A DNA stretch of 64,000 nt. Source: Eledone cirrhosa (taxonomy: Eukaryota). The stretch lies in NCBI GenBank assembly GCA_964016885.1, contig OZ024743.1:367660001-367724000 (forward strand), read 5' to 3'. Within the stretch, counting starts at the first letter, position 1, and every line of letters starts with the position of its first letter. Positions 36,872-49,047 of the stretch are shown piece by piece. Position numbers and translations under genes: made by a program. Under the pieces are notes generated by a model, which ran no database searches, was not told where the DNA came from, and was given only the letters and a program-made list of their open reading frames with translations.

Positions 36872-38327
36872 ATACCCAAAGACTGGTGCAGCAGTATTCT
36901 CATAAATTGCTACAAAGGTAAAGGGGATGCTCTAGAGAGGAGCAATTTTAGGGGCATAAAGCTGATGGATCAGGTTATGAAAGTGGCAGAGAGAATATTA
37001 ACGCAACTGATTAGAGAAAGGGTCAAATTAGATGAGATGCAGTTTGGTTTTTTTGCCTCAGAAAAGTACAACAGATGCCCTCTTCTTAGTGAGGCAACTG
37101 CAAAAGAAATTCTTAGAGAGGAATAAGCCTCTATACTTAGCTTTTGTTTACCTAGAGAAGGCCTTTGATAGGGTATCCCGATCTGTCATCTGGTGGTCCC
37201 TAAGAAAACTAGGTGTAGAGGAATGGCTTGTGAGGACAGTGCAAGCTATGTACAGGGGTGGTGTCAGTAAAGTGAGAATAGGAATGGAGTTTAGTGAGGA
37301 ATTCCAGATACAAGTAGGTGTACATCAAGGTTCGGTCCTCAGCCCGCTCTTGTTCATTATAGTCCTCCAAGCCATAACAGAGGAGTTTAAGACTGTATGA
37401 CCATGGGAACTTCTCTATGCTGATGATCTGGTTCTTATAGCAGAATCAGTAGAGGAGCTAGAGAATAAATTCTGGCTATGGAAACAGCAGTTGGAATCAA
37501 GAGGACTGAGAGTGAACATAACTAAGACAAAAGTGTTGATAAGTAGACGAAAGGACAAAACTCTGATTCCATCAGGGAAATGGCCATGTTCGATATGTAG
37601 CAAAGGAACTGGCATAAATTCTATAAAATGTACACAATGCAGATCTTCTGTACACAAGAGATGTAGTGGGATAGCAGACAAAAGGTGGGTTCTATAGAAG
37701 TGGTTGATAGCTTCTGGTACCTAGGTGATCAGATTAGCATGGGAGTGGGGGTGTTCCGAGGCCATAGTATCTAGAATAAGGACGAGTTGGAAGAAGTTTA
37801 GGGAGCTGCTTCCTTTGTTGACAAAGAAGGGTTTCTCCCTGCATACGAAAGGATGGTTATATGATGCCTGTGTGAGATGCACGATGCTGCATGGTAGTGA
37901 GACATGGGCAGCAGCTGCAGAGGATATGCGACAGCTGGAGAGAAATGAAGCAAGTATGCTCCGTTGGATGTGCAATGTCAAAGTGCGTGAATGACCAAGC
38001 ATAGACGAGTTGAGAAAGAAACTGGGTATAAGAGGGATAAGTTGTGGTGTGCAGGAGAGAAGGCTGAGATGGTATGGACATGTGATGCGCATGGAGGATG
38101 ACCGCTGGGTAAAGAAGTGCCAAGAAATCCCAGTAGAAAGAAGACACAGTAGAGGTAGACCACGTAAAACATGGGTGGAGGTGGTGAGAGCAGACCTCAG
38201 ATCGCTGAAACTGACCGAGGAGATGATAAAGGACTGTGACAAGTGGAGAGATGCTGTGTTGAATAGGACCCGTCCAACCCTTGCAAGCTTGGAAAAGTGG
38301 ACGTAAAATGATGATGATGGTGATGAT
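36872..38327 (+). mobile_element. RTE LINE (PHD-in-RT family) copy 3, second subfamily
   Basis: RT and C-terminal ORF pieces 37032-38306. Diagnostic bases (agggtcaaattag; ataagttgtggt..gcag) are shared with the 47.6-kb and 52.8-kb copies rather than with copies 1 and 2. Confidence 0.92.
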
Positions 38328-38759
38328 ATATATATACATAATATAAAGCTAATGGCCGTATTTATGTAACAAACTTTTTGCCAAATGGCTGGCCCAAACA
38401 GCACCATAGATGTAACTTTTTCCAAGTAAAAAAGTGAGGGTATTTTTGTCTACTGAATTTTGTTAAAAGATTAAAGACATTATTTAAATTTTCACTTCTT
38501 TAAAATTTTAAATGTCAACACTTCTGGTTCTACGACATTCCTTACTCTTTTTAGATAGATACATAGCTATGATGTCGTGCTCTTATAATATGTCTGCATT
38601 TAGATAACATTTTTCGAAATATTTACTTCTGCGTTCACAGATTGATTTTTTTAGTTTCAGAAGATCCCGTTAAGGGTGAAAGCAACGATTCTTTGCTTAA
38701 ACTTTAATCCGTTATTTTAATATATATATTCATGTACAGATATTTTTGCACACACAAAA

Positions 38760-39301
38760 ACAAAATATAAACACACCTATTTATTTCACGAAAGCACAGA
38801 CGGCTTATCATTGTTTCTGCCGATATGCCACCCAAAAAGTCCCAGGCTGGCCGCAAGATCAGATTTTCCAGAAGAAAAAATGTTACTAGAGCAAGAGAGT
38901 CTGAAGATGATCATGAACGTCGCCTTCAGCAGATGAGGACTCAAGCGAGAGCCATTCGATTGGCCCAGTCCCAAGAGCAGCGCCAGTCTCGCCTTCAGCA
39001 ACTGAGGTCCCGTGCAGAAAGCAGGAGAGCAACACAGACAGAACAAGCCAGATTGGAGCAGGTGAGTTCACAAGCTGATTGCATCCACATTGCATTACAG
39101 CAGCAGTGTCATACAGGTCCTTGCAAAACTGAGTCTGATTTTTAACTATTCAAAACCAACATCAGAGCATGTTAACCCCCCCCCCCTCCTTCTCTGACTT
39201 GAGAGGGAGTGCGGTATCTTTGCACTGGAGTGGAGTGGGGATTCCTGAAAAGATAAAATGCTGGTATACCTAGCCGGGCGCCAGCCGGACGGGCCAGCTA
39301 G
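38760..39301 (+). mobile_element. Internally deleted Helitron: RepHel N-terminal remnant and 3' terminus
   Basis: ORF MPPKKSQAGRKIRFSRR...RESEDDHERRLQQMR...QEQRQSRL has the charged STPR-like repeats typical of Helitron N-termini. GC-rich gccgggcgccagccggacgggc precedes CTAG|T at 39298-39302. The 5' end may extend to ~38330. Confidence 0.7.
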
Positions 39302-39398
39302 TATATATTAAAACAACTGACACACACACATAGACATACTATATATGTATGTAACATGTTCAGACCTGGTGTATATGTATATACACCAGGTCTGAACA

Positions 39399-42300
39399 CA
39401 AAGGAGCCAAACTCCCATGGTCACTGACTCCGTCTCTCCCTATCTCTCACTATTATAAGCAAATGGGGGCCCATGCGCTGGTCACCGCACGGTGCCGGCA
39501 GGCAGGTAAGAGAAGGCATTTCCCCAGAGAATGATGAGGGAGAGACACTGGAATAGCCATTCCAGCTCGCGAAGCTCACACCTGTGAGTAGCCAACTCTG
39601 TGCTGTTGGTGGTGAATAGAGTGGTAGCCTTAGGGCCAAGGACACCAGAAGTCTCCACTGCTACAGGCTTGACCACAAACCTGTCAGAGAGTGACCGATA
39701 TTTGGAGAGTTTACCCTTCTCGGACCGAAGTGCAGCAGAGCCTGGGTTAGTTGCAGACTACACCAGGTTGCCACTGGAGAATGTATCACTGTATGTGACA
39801 TCCCAAATGAGGGGTTTACCACAGCGGAATGGAAAGATAGTTATGCTGTCTGGACTTTTGACGTCTCCATGGTCCAGCCCCACTGGTTCGAGCTGGAAGA
39901 AGCCTGCAGCATCCATGCTATGATTTATGACCTCGTTGAGAGCAGCATGGCGTGGAAGGTAGCTGGCACTGTAGTGACAGGACAGCGGGTGCAGCCCGAA
40001 AGAGTCTATAGTGGATCTGCAGCGCTCATTTGTGTGGCTCACAGATCTGGAGGCATAATCCAGCTAGATACCAGTCAAAAAGTAGAGTAAGGCACTGAGC
40101 CAGGCACAACTGTAGGGTTGTGAGGCCAAGAAAAAACATGCGAGGTGGTGCTGGTCAAGCAGGTGTGCTAGCCTGTCTGAGACCATGCCGCACTGGATGG
40201 CATCCCATGTGCTCTGGGGAGATTTGATGTCTACAGGGGGAAGAGGAGGCAGGATATCTACTAAGCGGAGTCAGAGCAGGTTCCAAGTCCCACAGGTGGC
40301 TTCACATTCCTTGATCACAGTGGGTTCCATTGTTGCGGAGAACCTTGTTGATTCAGAGGCAGCAAGAGGTTACCGACAAACGAAACACCGGCAAAGCCAG
40401 TAAGACCAGAGACCAGAGACCAAGGCCACTGTTTCTAACAGGTAATGTAATCTGTTGCTATCCAAAGTCATCAAACTTGACGATGCATATCTCCTCAGCT
40501 GCCACTCAGATACAAATGTTGAGTTCAGTGAGGAGAGATGCATGGCTGTAGCATGGAGCACTACAAAATGTGTAGAGGAGATTTGGCATGGCGAAGCAGT
40601 TCCTCAACAGGAAGAGGGCTGGATGGGCATCAATCATGCCTAGTCTGTTTGTGAGGGATGTAAGCTGCTGGAGCCTGGATATGATGGTGGAGTGGATGAC
40701 TGGTGGGAGGATCAGTCCCCTGAGAATGAGGATATCCTCTTTCAGGGTCACCGGCACCTGGTGAAGAATGGATCGCACGTCTGAGACTAAGGCTGTAAAG
40801 TCCTCTGCATCATGGTTGACATTCACCATGTCCAACTTAGATGAGTTAACCTAAAGGTCAATTCCTGCCAGAGCAGGAACCACCGATCACAGGTCATGGC
40901 AGACTGTCTTCATAGGCCCGCCCAACGTAGCATCATCCAGGTACCAAACAGTGAAAGAGACCATGATGTTCTGAGCAATGTGGTCTATACCGAGAACAAA
41001 GAGGAGAGGGGGGGGGGGAGTGTCACCCTGTTGAACCCCAGTGGCTGAAGGTATAATCGTATTAGCAGCAAGGAGCATGCTCAGGGCTCCATATGACAGG
41101 TAGGTCAGCAGGCAGGCAAAGGGAGCTCAGCTGAGGCAGGCATTGAGCAGATGGTCACAACATATGCAGCTAAAGGCATTCCTCATGTCAAGATTGACAA
41201 TGAAGTGCCTGGCATCCTTCAACATCGGTTCTAGTGGGCAGCTGTTGAAGAGATGCCTAGCTGCATGTGCGGGCCCCTCCCACCCACTGCACATGCTGAC
41301 TCCTAGTTGCACTGGGCTGAGTTCCTCATCCACTTCAGGTGTGATGCGCCTGCAGACCACTTTGGTCGCCAGCCTTTGGGAGACATTGCCCACAGCAATG
41401 GGGCGCATGCCACCCTCTTTCTTCCTGAGAGTGGTCAAGCTGGCCGAAAAAAAGAGGCCTCAGGCATATGGGTCCAGGGCATCTGGGATGAATCTGTTGA
41501 TGAGTGCCACAATTGGACTCACTTTGAGGTGGCCAGGTCGGAGACCATCAGTACCTCCACTGCTGCTGGCAGGGAAGGACTTAATGGCAGACATGATGTC
41601 TGTGTCCTATGCCACAAAGAGCAGGTGAGGATCAAGTGGAGGTTTGGGTCTGAGGTTGGCTCAGGGTGCTTGAGCCAAAGAGCAGCTAGGAACTCCTCCA
41701 TTGGGCACCTGAGAGCAGAGGATGTGGCATCCTTGAGCACACTTGGGATGGGCACTTGCCCAAAGGATGAAATGGCCTTGACAAAAGCTGCTGTCAACAC
41801 GCCACCTCAGTCAGCACCAGAGTTAGGGAAGCCGAGGGTGAGTGGGGAGAAATAGAAGAGGCACTCTCAGTCACTGGGTCGATTAGAGTCCAGTGCTCTC
41901 TCGATTGAGGATGTGAAGGTGTTGGTCACTGCCACCCAAGCTGCTCTTGGGTCTTGAGCAGAATCTTCTGGAGCCACTTGAGCCAAGTGATATTGACCAG
42001 CGAGACTTGAGCATCAGACAAGCTCAGTGTCTCATCTGGTGGTGTAGTGGATGGCTGCAGCTGTGCTAACGAGGCGAAGAGACAGTTACTGCATCTCCAA
42101 GCTTCGAGGGCACTAGAGTCTTGATGTGTCAAGCCAACACAAGAAAGGTGGTGGAAACAGCTGCACCCCAAACAGTTCTGGCCTTTCTTCTGCCTGTTTG
42201 TGGTGGTGCATGTACTGCAGTTTTTGCCTGATGGGGATGGAGGGTGGTGTGTGGAGCACTATGCGGCAAAATGGGTATGTGGCTAGTTGTCTTCAGCCAG

Positions 42301-42470
42301 GGTACTTGGCTCAACAGTAGATGGGTGGAGGGGGAGAAACTGAAATCAAGGGAAAGTAGACAGGGTGATGATATGAAGGAGACATCATATCTCACCTAAA
42401 CCAGATCCGAAGACAAGATAAGACAAGACAAAAAAAGGATGAGTAGGGGCATGGAGGTGGCCCTAAAAAA
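39399..42470 (-). mobile_element. Near full-length, decayed CRE-clade non-LTR retrotransposon (PHD finger, RT, CCHC-like region, restriction-like endonuclease)
   Basis: LRKKEGGMRPIAVG, VQLGV..GWEG, LDMRNAFS, GVQQGD, WYLDDATLGG, LFLLRNCFAMP, GLHPLSC..RHAALNEVI, PDSITIFPF..GKPLIWDVT (RLE PD..D) and PVAVETSGVLGP. N-terminal CSTC..CLGCSCFHHLSC..WRCSNC. Confidence 0.85.
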
Positions 42471-43347
42471 AACAGGAGTTGTTCCAGTGGAAAATCTTAG
42501 AGATCTCTCTATATATATATGCATACACACACACACGCACTCTCACCGACACACACTCATTCCCAAGTTTTGGCTATGACACCAGAGTATATTTTGTATG
42601 TACATGCTTGTATGTGGACATTCTCATGTCCATGTGTGTGTGTGTGTGCATACATATATTCATGGCCTGATTATAAAATGTATCAATAGTTAATAATATA
42701 GCTATGTATTTATGTACACAGATTATCTTATATAGACAGATGTACAATGGATGTTTGTGTATGTTTTCACGGAGACAAATTTTACATAATGTGTGTGTGG
42801 CATGAGTGTAATTATCAACAGGTATAAATATATATCAATATGTATGTAATTGTGTATGTATATACTTGTGTTCCCTTCACTCACTTACAGTCATTCTTTT
42901 TCTTTTTGTGCTCTCTTATTTCACTCTTCTGATCATGTTGCCTTCAATGAACAGAGTCAATGTGAAATAATGAGTAGTCTTGCATGATCAATGGGCTCCT
43001 TATTAGTTCTGGCATCACATTAAAGTACCTCCAGTACACAAGGTAAACTGGTTAACAGAGACAATGTAAGGTTGAAGGGACACTTTAGTGGGACATAACT
43101 TCTTTAGTGTTGGTGCCATAGAAGGGACACTTTAGTGGGACATAACTTCTTTAGTGTTGGTGCCATAATAAAATGCACCTAGTACACTCTGTAAATTGGT
43201 TGACATTATAAAAGGTATCCAGCCATAGAAACCATGACAATGGAATGTACAAATGAACCATGGTCCTCCAATCCATCTAGGAGAGCAGAAACTTTTAATA
43301 AGAACTAACTCGAATCTTGATGACCCATCCAACCCATGTGTATGGAA

Positions 43348-43485
43348 AGCAAGTAAGCAAGCAAGCAAGCAAACAACAACAACAACAACAACAGCAGCAG
43401 CAGCAGCAGCAACAACAACAACAGCAGCAGCAACAATAACAACAACAACAACAATAACAACATGGTGGTGATAATGATGATGATG
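43348..43485. repeat. (GCAA)n plus (CAA/CAG)n plus (GAT)n compound microsatellite
   Basis: Directly visible. It is the source of the poly-T/A and poly-C ORFs. Confidence 0.85.
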
Positions 43486-44199
43486 ACTCAGTGTTTATTG
43501 GTTGATTAGAGCTAGACAGACATCTTCTGCTCGGACTTATAAATTGCAGTCTTGTTTTTACACTTTCATTTGAATGGAAGATTATCAAAAAATATCTTTT
43601 TTTAACGCTTTCTCCATTCTGTCCGCCGGGGCTCTGGGTGGGCCCCATCGCATACCGTTGTAGTTGTTGTAGAAGAAACAGGAAGACAACATCTAATCTG
43701 CAGGCTATTAGCAAGCTTACTGGCGCTTTAGTATGGTATTCAATTCTCATAAGAGCAGTTATGAATCTGACATGTTTTAGCTCTGACTACTACTACTAGT
43801 ACTGCCACAACATCTGTTCAGTATTTCTTCACTTCATCCTCATTTAATTTTTTATTTCAGAAAGATGTAGGGAAAATACCAGTAAAATAATTTCAAATTA
43901 TTCTCTAACTAAATTATCTCTCCTGTTCTTACTCCCAAGTTGAGAATGTTCAGTATAATTTATCTTATGCAATTGAAATATTAGCCAGTCTGTTCCAGTC
44001 ATGATCATTAAGATATTAGGATGTATCAATGTTTATTGTTTACAATACAAGGCTTTCTTTCCTGGCTCTTAGATTGTTTTAATAAACCTGCAAACAACAT
44101 TATTTACATATAAAAGATAAAAGATAGTGAAATCATCCTTGCTGTCATCATAATAAAGGGTTTTGAGTGTAGAAAATCAGTATTATCTGTTGATTGAGT

Positions 44200-44530
44200 A
44201 ATATTAACCTGCATGAAAGTTTGAGCATAAGCTAAATAGTTGTGTATTAAAGACATTAGTTTATGTATACAGAAGAAATGATTGCACTGGTGTAGACATA
44301 TGATGAGAATGAATTAAAATAGCTGTGGTGAAAGAGTTATGAAGTGACACTAGAAAATACTTGCAGAAGAGGAACAGTGATAAAAAATCAGTGAAGCTCC
44401 ATCTCAGGATGATGGACTTCATAGAAGAGAAGATAAAAGACAAATTATTGATGATATTCTGTACAGCAGACATGTCCAATTGAAGCTAGCTTGGAAAAAT
44501 GAATATTAAAATGTTGGTAATGATATAACT
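44200..44530 (+). mobile_element. Old RTE 3' fragment
   Basis: Ends with catgtccaattgaagctagcttggaaaaatgaatattaaaatg, matching the family tail. Confidence 0.5.
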
Positions 44531-45347
44531 TTTAGTGAGCCTTCAGAAATTGTACCATCAACTAAAAGAGTTGGTATCAAGAAAGGCATCTGGCTGGAAA
44601 ACATTGTCTTAAAAAGTTCTGCCCAACCCAAGCCATCATGAAAAACACAATGTAAAAACGATAATGATGATGTACACTTTATTGATAGATAAAAACATAA
44701 TCAAAGAGATTTAGATTCATTGTTAGGGATAGAAGTGCAAGGCTTTAAGTAGTCACATCTGCTGCACATTAAAATCCTATTGAATATTTATTAATAACAT
44801 TAGCACAAAGGTATAGACTTTTGAGTGAGACATGTAGCTGATTGAATCAGCCTCTGTAAATTACTCAAAATAGATGAAAGCGAAATTTGGTTTTAACAGA
44901 ATTTGAATGGAAAGGAATGTAACAAAATACTGCAAGACCCGTCACTTGCCATTTTCTTTTCTACATTGCAAGCCTTGTCATATTGAATATGAAATATATG
45001 ATACATATGACCAAGATGTCACCCTAGTCATGTTGTAGAAGTAAATAAAATGAACAAGATATCACCCTAGCATTCTAATAGAAGTATATAAAATTGTACT
45101 TCAAAAATTCCAGTTCATGCCAGTGAGTTAGGTTAGCAGTGAGAAGCTGTGATCAAGGAAATATGTTTTATCGAAGTGGGTAACTACGAAGCAGTGTATC
45201 CCATTTTTTTCCTGTAAGAAACTTCTTGTTTGAGGAAAGAATTTTAATTTTTTTAAATCCTTATACAAATCTGCGTAATAAATAAGAAAAAATAAAAACA
45301 AATAAACAGCTATTTCTGCTATTGCAAAATATACCATATATGTTAAA

Positions 45348-45770
45348 AACTAGCAGAATACATGGTGTTACCCAGGATCAGAAAGTTATAAATAGACCAG
45401 AACACATATTCTGCTTCAGATCTTCACTGAATATGAATAATATATTTCATAATTTATATGAGTAAATGTCATATATATTAATTAAGAACACAAGATTAAG
45501 TAAAAGTGAAAATAGTTTCAATTCCTTTGAAAGTATTGTTGAACAAAATACTTTCTTTTATATTTGAAATTCTTGTTTTTACTGGCAGCAAATGCAGTGC
45601 TAATGACTCGTTTTTACAGGCAGTGCTAATGACTTGTTTTTACAGGCAGCAAATGCAGTGCTAATGACTCGTTTTGGTGTCTCCAGGACTGATGGGAGTC
45701 TGTGAAAGAGGGGGTGAGGTATCCACAAACTAGAGATCAGGCTCAAATTCTTGCAACAGAATGGACTCCA
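45348..45770 (-). mobile_element. Helitron-like 3' end and body with an internal tandem duplication
   Basis: ACTAGCAGAATACATGGTGTTACCCAGG is a decayed reverse Helitron 3' terminus (hairpin plus CTAG|T). Repeated gcagtgctaatgactcgttttt at 45575-45675. Confidence 0.5.
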
Positions 45771-46786
45771 TTGTCAGTTAGTTTAACAGATGGTGCTGTT
45801 AAACTAACTGACAGATTAACCCTTTCATTATCATATTTCTAATGAACTACACTTGATTTTAATTAATTGAGGAAGAAGGTTGAGGGATTTATTATAATTA
45901 TTAATTAATTATTAAGATAATAAAATTATGTTGGAAGATTTTAATTTAAAATGGGTGGTTTTATTTCATAGAACCAGAACCAGTTTTGGCCAGGTTGGTA
46001 TCAATATTTGTAATATGAATTTAGAGGGTATGTCAGGAGTTAATCAGCCTTAGAAATAAAATCATTCTCATAGTATTCCCAGAAGAAAACCACACATCTA
46101 AATGTTGGAAGCCTCTAAAAATGTATGGGGTTACTGAGAAGGGAGAAGGACAAGACAGAGAGAACATAATTCAAGGAAAGAGATGACGACTTTTGAAGTT
46201 TTGCAAATTGATATGGCTAGGAAAGTAAAAAGCAGGAAGAAAATTCCATAGGTGAGATGTGCAAAAGAAAAGACTACCAGAATAGAATTTACAATTGCAT
46301 TTATGAATTTCAACTTAGCTACAAATCAGCTCTGTTTAAACTCATGAATACAAAGTAACAAAATGTAAAGCTCATCTGAATAATTCCCTTGAAAATATTT
46401 ACAAAAAAGGCAAAGCAAAGCAATATTGCAATTGTGTGATAGTGATTGAATTCAATATGATAAATCAGAACCAATAATGCTGAGAATTCTTCTTTGGATT
46501 TTATTTAGACTCTCAAGGAGCATGGCAGAAAAGCCAGACCAGATGTGACAATAGTACTCATTATAAGGAGCAATGGTAAATTTATAAAGATATCAGATAT
46601 ATTCAAGCAATCACCAATAAGATACTATCTTTGTGTTTGCTATATGGATAGACATTTGGAAACAACATAGTGAAGCCTTGGAAAATGAATAGCCACCTTG
46701 AGATAATGCATGCAGATTTGTTAACAATCTTTTGAATTTAAGACACTGAATGCAAACATTATAAATTGTCCTAATCTCATATTTAA

Positions 46787-46991
46787 CTCTTTAGCATTTA
46801 AACCGGCCATATCCAGCCAGAATTCGCTCGCCTCTTTCTGTTCAAACCAGCCATAACCAGCTGCTCATGCTCATGTTAAGGTGTTGTTCTCAAAATAAAC
46901 ATCTAAATCTCATAGATTCGATATTATGTGAGATAAAGTGTTTACCACAAAAATACAATAGTAAATATAGAGTAATGAAAATGCTAAAGCG
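46787..46991. mobile_element. piggyBac-type MITE (205 bp) with TTAA target duplication
   Basis: TTAA|CTCTTTAGCATTT ... AAATGCTAAAGCG|TTAA, a 12/13 TIR match. Single related ends occur at 45816 (TTAACCCTTT) and ~54470 (AAAGGGTTAA). Confidence 0.75.
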
Positions 46992-47610
46992 TTAAACAGG
47001 AAATGGAGGCGTCTTACAATATTTTCTCTAACATAACAAAAATAGGAATGCCACATACAATTGGAGAAGATATTATAATTATAGCAGTTGTAAAGAAAGC
47101 CTTAGAAACAGTTATAAAGAAAAACTCTAAATCTATTCTTCTGAACGACATTATAGTAAAATGCTGATAACTTCAGGACTTCATTAATGTAAATTTTCTC
47201 TCCAGCTGAATGAGTCAACATTTGGAGGTCTGAATATTTTCATGGCCTATTAAAATTACTGCAGTCACAGTGAAAAATGCTTTGTTGACAAATATCTTTC
47301 GGCAAAATAGCTTAGACCTGAAAAAATTTTCTTTTTTTCAAGTAGTATTTGAGAAAAAATATTCTTGAATCACACCCACAAGTTGAGTAGAAGTAAGGGA
47401 TGATAATAGCATGGGAGAAAAAGTTAACCTCTGCAGGATATGAACTCTGAACACAAAAAGATGTAACTCAATGCTACAAAGCATATTGTCAATTGCTCTA
47501 ATGATTCTGCCAACCCCCCACTCTAATAATAAAGTAATAAAAATAGGGAGATAATAATGATGAAAATAAGAGAATAAAGTTAAATGAGAAGTTAAGAAAA
47601 TAAGGAAATA

Positions 47611-49047
47611 ATCATCATCATCATCATCATTTTACGTCCGCTTTTCCCTGCTTGCAAGGATTGGACGAGTCCTATTCAGCACAGCATCTCTCCACTTGTC
47701 ACAGTCCTTCGTCATCTCCTCGGTGAGTTTCAGCGATCTGAGGTCTGCTCTCACCACCTCCGCCCATGTTTTTCGTGGTCTAACTCTACTGCGTTCTTCC
47801 TTCTACTGGGATTTCTTGGCACTTCTTTACCCAGCAGTCATCCTCCATGCACATCACATGTCCATACCATCTCAGCCTTCTCTCCTGCCCACCACAACTT
47901 ATCCCTTTTAAACCCAGTTTCTTTCTCAACTCGTCTATGCTTGATCGTTCACGCACATTGGCATTGCACATCCAACGGAGTATACTTGCTTCATTTCTCT
48001 CCAGCCGTCGCATATCTTCTGCAGTTGCTGCCCATGTCTCACTACCATGCAGCATCACGCATCTCACACAGGCATCATATAACAGGCCTGGTGTACGCAG
48101 GGAGAAACCCTTCTTTGTCAACAGAGGAAGCAGCTCCTTAAATTTCTTCCAACCCGTCCTTATTCTAGATACTATGGCACCCCACTCTCAAGCTAATCTG
48201 ATCACCTAGGTACCGGAAGCTATCAACCACTTCTATAGAACCCACCTGTATTGGAAAAATGTATCTATCACTGCAATTACTACTGCCAACTTTCCCTGTA
48301 CATCTACCGCATACGTAGTTTTCCCTACCTGTTAGTTTGCCTGCTATCCTGCTACATCTCTTGTGTACCCAGGATCTGCATTGTGAACATTTTATGGAAT
48401 TTATGCCAGTTCCTTACCTACATATCGAATATGGCTATTTCCCCGATGGAATCGGAGTATTGTCCTCTCTTCTACTTATCAACACTTTTGTTTTAGCTAT
48501 GTTCACTCTCAGGCCTCTTGATTCCAACTGTTGTTTCCATAGCCGGAATTTATTCTCTAGCTCATCTACTGATTCTGCTAAAGAGCCAGATCATCAGCAT
48601 AGAGAAGTTCCCATGGGCAGCCAATCTTAAACTCCTCTGATATGGCTTGGAGGACTATAATGAACAAGAGCGGTCTGAGGGCCGAACCCTGATGTACTCC
48701 TACTTGTATCTGGAATTCCTCACTAAACTCCATTCCTATTTTCATTTTACTGACAGCACCTCTGTACATAGCTTGCACTGTCCTCACAAGCCATTCCTCA
48801 ACACCTAGTTTCTTTAGGGACCACCAGATAACAGATTGGGGTACCCTATCAAAGGCCTTCTCTAGGTCAACAAAAGCTAAGTATAGTGGCTTATTTTTCT
48901 CTAAGAACCTCTCTTGTAATTGTATCACCAAGAAGAGGGCATCTGTTGTACTTTTCCGAGGCACAAAACCAAACTGCATCTCATCTAATTTGACCCTTTC
49001 TAGTTGTGCTAATATCCTTTCTGCCACTTTCATAACCTGATCCATCA
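47611..49047 (-). mobile_element. RTE LINE (PHD-in-RT family), 5'-truncated
   Basis: MDQVMKVAERILAQL...WELLYADDL, finger and C-terminus. (CAT)n tail at 47611-47630. Confidence 0.9.

Noticed and set aside
38825-39145. Nested host gene (106-aa basic ORF)
   Set aside because: Better explained as a Helitron RepHel N-terminal remnant, given the CTAG|T terminus ~150 bp downstream.
43253-43750. Poly-Cys and poly-Thr/Ala ORFs
   Set aside because: Translations of a (CAA/CAG)n microsatellite.
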